Part shown: positions 58,717 to 64,000 of the stretch, in pieces
How positions within the stretch are numbered: the first letter of the stretch is position 1
Layout: every line of letters starts with the position of its first letter
Source: Nitrosopumilaceae archaeon
GTDB lineage: Archaea; Thermoproteota; Nitrososphaeria; Nitrososphaerales; Nitrosopumilaceae
NCBI GenBank assembly: GCA_965214835.1
Contig: CBDCCK010000002.1
Coordinates: forward strand, 544,001-608,000
Direction of reading: 5' to 3'
Length of the DNA: 64,000 bases
Program-made: the position numbers and the translations under genes
Notes under the pieces: generated by a model
Told to the model about the DNA's origin: nothing
Databases searched by the model: none
The model's input: only the letters and a program-made list of their open reading frames with translations

Positions 58717-60282
58717 CTACGGCTTTGGCAGGTCGTCGGATCCAAGGCTTTGGCCCTGCTTGGGATCCAGGTCGGCCTTGAGCTGCGGCGCAGGCACCTC
58801 CTGTGGAAGTCCCTTGGGGGCCTCGCGGCCCGAGTCGCCTGGCAGTGCGGCCTCCTCGACGGCGGGCTCCTCAATCTCGATCGGCCTTTCGTCTGAGACG
58901 ACGACAGGGGGCGGCGGGGGCGCCTCCTTTGATTTTGCCATGGCGTACCTGTACACGTGGAACATGGATGCAAATACGATCAGTACCAGCCCGATGAAGA
59001 ACAGTGACAGGTTGTTCATTCCGGTCAGTGCCGCGTTGTATGCCGCAATGTTGAGGAACACTTGGAATGCAATCAGGGCTATGATTACCCAGTTGGTCCA
59101 CTTTTCTGAGAGGTTTATGGTGGCAACCTTGTTGGGGCCGCTGGCCTTTGCCAGCTTTGCCTTTCGTTCTGCCTCCTTGGACATCTTGATCATCATATAG
59201 CTGAACCCGAATCCGACGGGCACCAGCAGCAGCATGACCGAGTACAGGAACACCGGATCGATCACGAGGCGCTGCACCAGCGGCATCGTGGTATCCGGCG
59301 AGATATAAAAGCCCCAGTACGTGGTGACCATCACCTGGGAGATTCCCGTGATTCCAAAGGCCGTGATTATCGGCCTGTCGCGCCAGGAGAACTTTTTGTA
59401 CCTGTCCAGGAACGGGGTCAGCAGCAGGGCTATGATGAATATCAGCGGCCAGAGCATGCCCGTGACGAACTTGTCGTACTGCGTCCGCATGAACGCGTAG
59501 ATTCCCGTCAGGTACCACTCGGGCACGGTGATCCCGGGCGGGATGTTGGGATCGAACTTGAATCCCATGTCTATGGGGAATACGCCGCCGGTGATCAGGA
59601 TGGCGCCGCTGATGGCCATGACCATGGGTACGTCAAACACCAGGAACCTCGGAAAGTGTACAGCCATGAGCCCCAGCATGACAAGCGGCAAAAGGAACAC
59701 GTGCTGGGCGTAGAACCTGAGCACAAAGTCCGAGAACCCGTTTCCGAACATCGCATCGCGCATCAGCGGCCCGACCACGGGCATGGAGTTGGTAAGCGAG
59801 GCCGCTATGCTGATTGCCAGCTGCGCCCTCTCGCTGAATATCACGTCGTATCCGGTAAAGGCCTCTAGTATGGTCACGACCCCGAGTATGACGCCGGTCA
59901 CCCAGAGGATCTCGTTTCTGATCTTGTACCTGCCGCTAAAGTACTGGTAGTACATGTGGAGGACCGCTAGGAGCACCATTGCGTTTGAGCCGTGGTAGTG
60001 GATGTTCCTGATGTGGAACCCGTAGGGGACCTCGTCGTTGATGAACTGGACGCTGTCCCATGCCCTGTCCAAGATGGGCTGGTAGTAGAACATCAGCAGC
60101 GCCCCGGAGATGCCGAGGATCACAAAGACGATGAACGTAAGCATTCCCAGAAAGCCAAACGGGCTGACAAACCTTGCGGGGAACGAGAACTTTATTGCAG
60201 TAAATATTGTCCTGTCTATGCCGTCCCAGACCCACTGGAAGAAGGAGACTGCCCCCGTCCTGTTATTTAAGGAAGCGTCCAT
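58717..60282 (-). CDS. petB: Cytochrome b subunit of bc complex
   Basis: RNIHYHG, LHM, FYAQH, VH, PEWY. Confidence 0.95.
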   Translation of the reverse strand: MDASLNNRTGAVSFFQWVWDGIDRTIFTAIKFSFPARFVSPFGFLGMLTFIVFVILGISGALLMFYYQPILDRAWDSVQFINDEVPYGFHIRNIHYHGSNAMVLLAVLHMYYQYFSGRYKIRNEILWVTGVILGVVTILEAFTGYDVIFSERAQLAISIAASLTNSMPVVGPLMRDAMFGNGFSDFVLRFYAQHVFLLPLVMLGLMAVHFPRFLVFDVPMVMAISGAILITGGVFPIDMGFKFDPNIPPGITVPEWYLTGIYAFMRTQYDKFVTGMLWPLIFIIALLLTPFLDRYKKFSWRDRPIITAFGITGISQVMVTTYWGFYISPDTTMPLVQRLVIDPVFLYSVMLLLVPVGFGFSYMMIKMSKEAERKAKLAKASGPNKVATINLSEKWTNWVIIALIAFQVFLNIAAYNAALTGMNNLSLFFIGLVLIVFASMFHVYRYAMAKSKEAPPPPPVVVSDERPIEIEEPAVEEAALPGDSGREAPKGLPQEVPAPQLKADLDPKQGQSLGSDDLPKP

Positions 60283-60871
60283 ATCCTATCACTCCGTTGT
60301 TGTGTGGATCCCACTTTGGCGGCAGGATCCACACATAGCCGTCCGAGTCGACCTCGAAGAGCAGTTGCGGCAGCACGTTTGAGGGCTCTGCCTGGACGGA
60401 CGCGGGGCCCTGGGTGGCCCGGCCGTTCAGCGGGTCGTACATGCTCCCGTGGCACGGACACTCGCCCCTCTTGCGGTCATCTGCGGGAATGTACGACCAG
60501 AGGCACCAGAGGTGCAGGCATACCATGCTGTACGCCCTGAACGCCGTCTCGTTTTTTGCAGTGCCCCCCAGCTCGTCGGGAAGCCTGATGAACTGCCATT
60601 TTCTGAATGCCTCGCTGTCCAGCACGCGGTCGCCGGTCTTGGGGTATGTGATGACCTCGGCATTGTTTGTAGGAAATGTGTTGACATTTGCCTGTGTGCC
60701 GTCGGGCAGCTCGACGGGAACCTTCTCCAGCGAGGCCCCGCTGGGATTTGGCATGAAATTCCCAAACGGGACAAACGGCGCAAAGGCCAGCCCGGTTCCG
60801 GCAGCGCCCATCAGCTTTAGAAAGTCTCGTCTGGACAAATTACTAGCCTTTGGGCTACCCTGCTCCGACAT
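60263..60871 (-). CDS. Rieske Fe-S subunit of bc complex
   Basis: Tat signal SRRDFLK; CLHLWC, CPCHGS. Confidence 0.93.
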   Translation of the reverse strand: MSEQGSPKASNLSRRDFLKLMGAAGTGLAFAPFVPFGNFMPNPSGASLEKVPVELPDGTQANVNTFPTNNAEVITYPKTGDRVLDSEAFRKWQFIRLPDELGGTAKNETAFRAYSMVCLHLWCLWSYIPADDRKRGECPCHGSMYDPLNGRATQGPASVQAEPSNVLPQLLFEVDSDGYVWILPPKWDPHNNGVIGYGRFLK

Positions 60872-61600
60872 TCAAGCTCCGTACTCGCCAAATTGTTTAT
60901 AAACCTTGTTTCATTTTTTCGATCCTTCCGGATGCGGCCCGGTGCAGATGGCGATGTGCGGATCTGCATGCGGTCCGGCCTGAGCTGTTTTTAGATGAGC
61001 CGCTTTGCGGGAGGGCACTTTTGGGAAGACTTGTTTTGCAGACGGCCCAAGCAATCATTGAAGACTGTCCCGTCTTTCAGGCAGGCCACAACCCGCAAGC
61101 ACGCTCAATTGATTCCCTGGGATGGGTTCCCTTTCATCGCACCTGCCATAGCAGGCCATCTCCCCGGATTCGGAAAATGCTGCTGCTTGTCTGGGCGGCA
61201 GCTGATCCCGGATCGTCTTTTCCATTCGGGTAATTCTTCAAATAGTTGGGGCAGGCTGTTTGTTTTTGTCTGATCACGTGTGTTATTTTCAAATTCTAGT
61301 GCGAGTCGGCCCTCCCTACTCTGCTAATGCTCATTCATATGGGCTAGACTCACGTTTGGATTCCTCCATCATCTCGCACCCGGCAGCTTTCAGGGATAAA
61401 GCCGAGTTTTGGGAATAAGTTCCATAGTAAAAGACCGCAATCGCGGCTGAAACAGTCTTCCCAGAAGTATCACGTCAAATTATCCCAGGCTCGAAACAGT
61501 TCAAATGAGGCTGCCTGCAGATCCACATGTCGCCTTCTACACCTCCACGAGTAGGTTACTTCTGGGAAGATTGACAAAACAAGAACGTAAAAATGTTGGT

Positions 61601-62455
61601 TTAAAAGGCGTCGGTTATTTTCTTTTGGCTTTCATACTCTGTGATTAATACCTCACAAATCTTGTCAAGGCTACGTAAGGTGGGTGTGCTGTGATCTCCC
61701 TTTTCTATCTTTAATACCTGCTCGCGGAATTTCCTGCACCTCATGAATATGTTAATCATGACCTCGATTTTTTTTGTTAAGCTACCGCTATGCCTGGAAG
61801 AGATTAGATCGTGTGGATGCATCAATTTGAGAATTTCTGTTGGTGTGGCTGGATCCTTAATCTTAGGTCGTGTTTTGTGTCCCCTCCTTGTCAGGTAGGA
61901 CATCAATCCCCTGAGAATATGTGGAGCTATCACGTAATCCTCATCATCAGGGGAGAACGGATAATACCCTGTGGGTTCCCTCATTCCTTCAAGGGATACA
62001 GGCTCGCATAGTTTTTCGTTTAGTTGTCTTATGCCAAAGTCTCCTTGTCCGCGTATTTCATCCTGACCAAACGTGATGAAAGGAAATCCCGTGTGTGGTT
62101 CAAGCCCCGCATGGTTCGTGTCGTTATCGACATAACATACAACGTGCTTTAACTGATTCGTGTCATGAACTGTCACCCAGTGTCTTAGATCATCAGATTC
62201 CAGCTCCTGATATCTTGCATCCTGTCCATTATCAATATTATCCCCACTTTTGCAATCAGCTACGATTGCATGCAATAACCTGCCAGATACGGCAACAACA
62301 TCAGGGCTTACCTTTTGTGCAGATTTCAAGCTTATAGTTTGCTCTATCAGCTGAACATCGTAACCCAGATCAAAAAGCGTCTTGGGCCACTTTACAGTGT
62401 CCCTACAAAGTCCGATAAGCTTGTTAATCAGTCTTGTATGATCACTTGCAGGCAA
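61601..62455 (-). CDS. Hypothetical protein with putative PD-(D/E)xK nuclease N-terminal domain
   Basis: SPDVVAV...IVADCKSG pattern; AT-rich; TTG start 1 nt after the upstream stop. Confidence 0.6.
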   Translation of the reverse strand: MPASDHTRLINKLIGLCRDTVKWPKTLFDLGYDVQLIEQTISLKSAQKVSPDVVAVSGRLLHAIVADCKSGDNIDNGQDARYQELESDDLRHWVTVHDTNQLKHVVCYVDNDTNHAGLEPHTGFPFITFGQDEIRGQGDFGIRQLNEKLCEPVSLEGMREPTGYYPFSPDDEDYVIAPHILRGLMSYLTRRGHKTRPKIKDPATPTEILKLMHPHDLISSRHSGSLTKKIEVMINIFMRCRKFREQVLKIEKGDHSTPTLRSLDKICEVLITEYESQKKITDAF

Positions 62456-62456
62456 T

Positions 62457-63581
62457 TTAATTCAGCTGTGGGCAGGAGGTGTTAGAGTCATAGTACATTT
62501 GGAGGTTGGTGAGCAGTCGCAAAATTGTATTTCCGCAGTTACCTTTGAAGAGATATACGCGCATCATGTCGTCTGCTATTTCAAAGTCCATTGGGCTGCC
62601 CGTATGCAGATCAACTGCCATGATTTTAAAATAACCGTCATAGATCTTGGATTTTAATCCCCATAACTTAAATGGTGCTGCAGAGTTGAACATTTTTTCA
62701 ATGAACATGGCAAGACTTTCGATTTTGTTTCGAAATTCAAAGTCAAATGACTTTCCCTCGACCAAGGTTCTGTCCCCTCCCTCCTTGACACCAATACGGA
62801 GATCCTCGACATCTGCAACGGTTTCAGAATACTCAGCCTTGCAGATATCAACAAGATTCAAATGATCCTGCACTGATTTTCCACGTTTTACTGCAAAATA
62901 GCCGGTATTGTGTATGTCATCTTGCACAGAGTCCAACAATGAGGTGGTCGAACCTCGCAGGATTCGTATTTTGTTATACGCAATAGTCCTTTCAATGTTT
63001 GGCCTGGCTTCTACAAGCTGCTGTATCTCACCTGCCAATGAACCGCTAATATTCAGGTTTAGATCCTCGATGTCTGCGTCATCATCCTCATCAGATCTCA
63101 GGAACTTGTCAGAGTATGAAACGCCAAAACCCTTGAAGGAATTACCGGATTTGCTGGCAAGTCGCTTTAGCATGCTAGAATAAAACCACGCATTGTCAAA
63201 TGTATGATGATAATCCCTTGTCAGTGCCTCAACAATCCTGTTCGTGTCTTCTGACTTGTCATTAGTGTGCAAGACAAGAAATCTTTTATCGCTAACATCC
63301 AAGAAAAATTCATGCATGCTGCCGCTTTTTTTGGTTGCACGCAAAATCTTCATGTTGTTTAATCCCGTATCAGTCACCTCGCATGAAATTTCGTCCGTAC
63401 TGAGCTGTGATGGAAAGTCTTCGTTTGATTCAAGTATGTATGTTTTCAACTCTCGCAAGCGGCCTTTTGACGAATATTCCTCATCTTCATACTTTGGTGG
63501 ATGAATCACACTTTCCAAATGATCCATAAAGTCCTTCCTTGTTTCTACCCTAGGAAGTTTGGAACTCACTGCTGGCAACAC
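62457..63581 (-). CDS. Hypothetical protein (374 aa), first gene of an AT-rich two-gene module
   Basis: Long uninterrupted ORF; C-terminal PFKLWG, AVDLHTG, CGNTILRLLTNLQ; no family recognised. Confidence 0.75.
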   Translation of the reverse strand: MLPAVSSKLPRVETRKDFMDHLESVIHPPKYEDEEYSSKGRLRELKTYILESNEDFPSQLSTDEISCEVTDTGLNNMKILRATKKSGSMHEFFLDVSDKRFLVLHTNDKSEDTNRIVEALTRDYHHTFDNAWFYSSMLKRLASKSGNSFKGFGVSYSDKFLRSDEDDDADIEDLNLNISGSLAGEIQQLVEARPNIERTIAYNKIRILRGSTTSLLDSVQDDIHNTGYFAVKRGKSVQDHLNLVDICKAEYSETVADVEDLRIGVKEGGDRTLVEGKSFDFEFRNKIESLAMFIEKMFNSAAPFKLWGLKSKIYDGYFKIMAVDLHTGSPMDFEIADDMMRVYLFKGNCGNTILRLLTNLQMYYDSNTSCPQLN

Positions 63582-64000
63582 TTTTCACCGTGGTTTGATT
63601 CCAAGGGTATTTTATAATAAGATTTTATGCGTAAACGGTGCAGATCAGAAAAATCAGGTAGTTTTTACGCCATTTTTGGGTGGTGAGGACCCCGCTAGAA
63701 TAGGAATGTTTTTTTCGCACACTTTACTCATTTCTGCCGTACCTCTGTTATTTTCTGGGTTTTTAGGACAAACTCGTCCGGCGTCAGGTATACTAGTACC
63801 GAGTGGATCCTGCTGGGGTTATAGTCCACAAACACCTCTGCCGGGACGGCCTCAGCCCCTCCCGTGCCGCATCTTTGAGGGGAGGCAAGCGCCTATCACG
63901 CATGCATGACTGCCATAGTCAACTCATAAAAAAAACGGATTGTTTTGACGGCTGCTTTTGGCCCAAAGATCTAAGATCAGGCAGACCATACGCACATGCA

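Noticed and set aside
58198-60871. Complex III with a cupredoxin instead of cytochrome c1 as a novelty
   Set aside because: Established feature of Thaumarchaeota.

Overview
Archaeal DNA from an ammonia-oxidising Thaumarchaeote (Nitrosopumilaceae). Evidence: a CFI-box-CTERM protein, an S-layer paralog, a Rieske/cytochrome b/cupredoxin complex III, and the rpoN-eno-rps2-mvk-ipk-idi-GGPPS-gltX cluster. GC-rich core genes and many IS/MITE relics suggest a host-associated lineage such as a sponge symbiont (inference). Most of the window is housekeeping: ribosomal proteins, mevalonate pathway, tRNA modification/KEOPS genes and 3 tRNAs. Accessory or unusual elements: (1) a tyrosine integrase whose apparent C-terminal module lies in the +1 frame; (2) a Tro/Mnt-type metal ABC operon preceded by three DtxR-like boxes exactly 19 bp apart, with a wHTH-like tail on the last permease; (3) three secreted thrombospondin-type-3-repeat paralogs; (4) an AT-rich, bacterial-type TIM with altered motifs; (5) an intact IS66 with an expanded 42-bp coiled-coil repeat; (6) several MITE families; (7) an AT-rich, tightly linked two-gene module (unknown protein plus PD-(D/E)xK-like nuclease) at the right end, the best candidate for an undescribed system, possibly antiviral. 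No CRISPR array or rRNA was seen. All family assignments come from motif recognition, not database searches.
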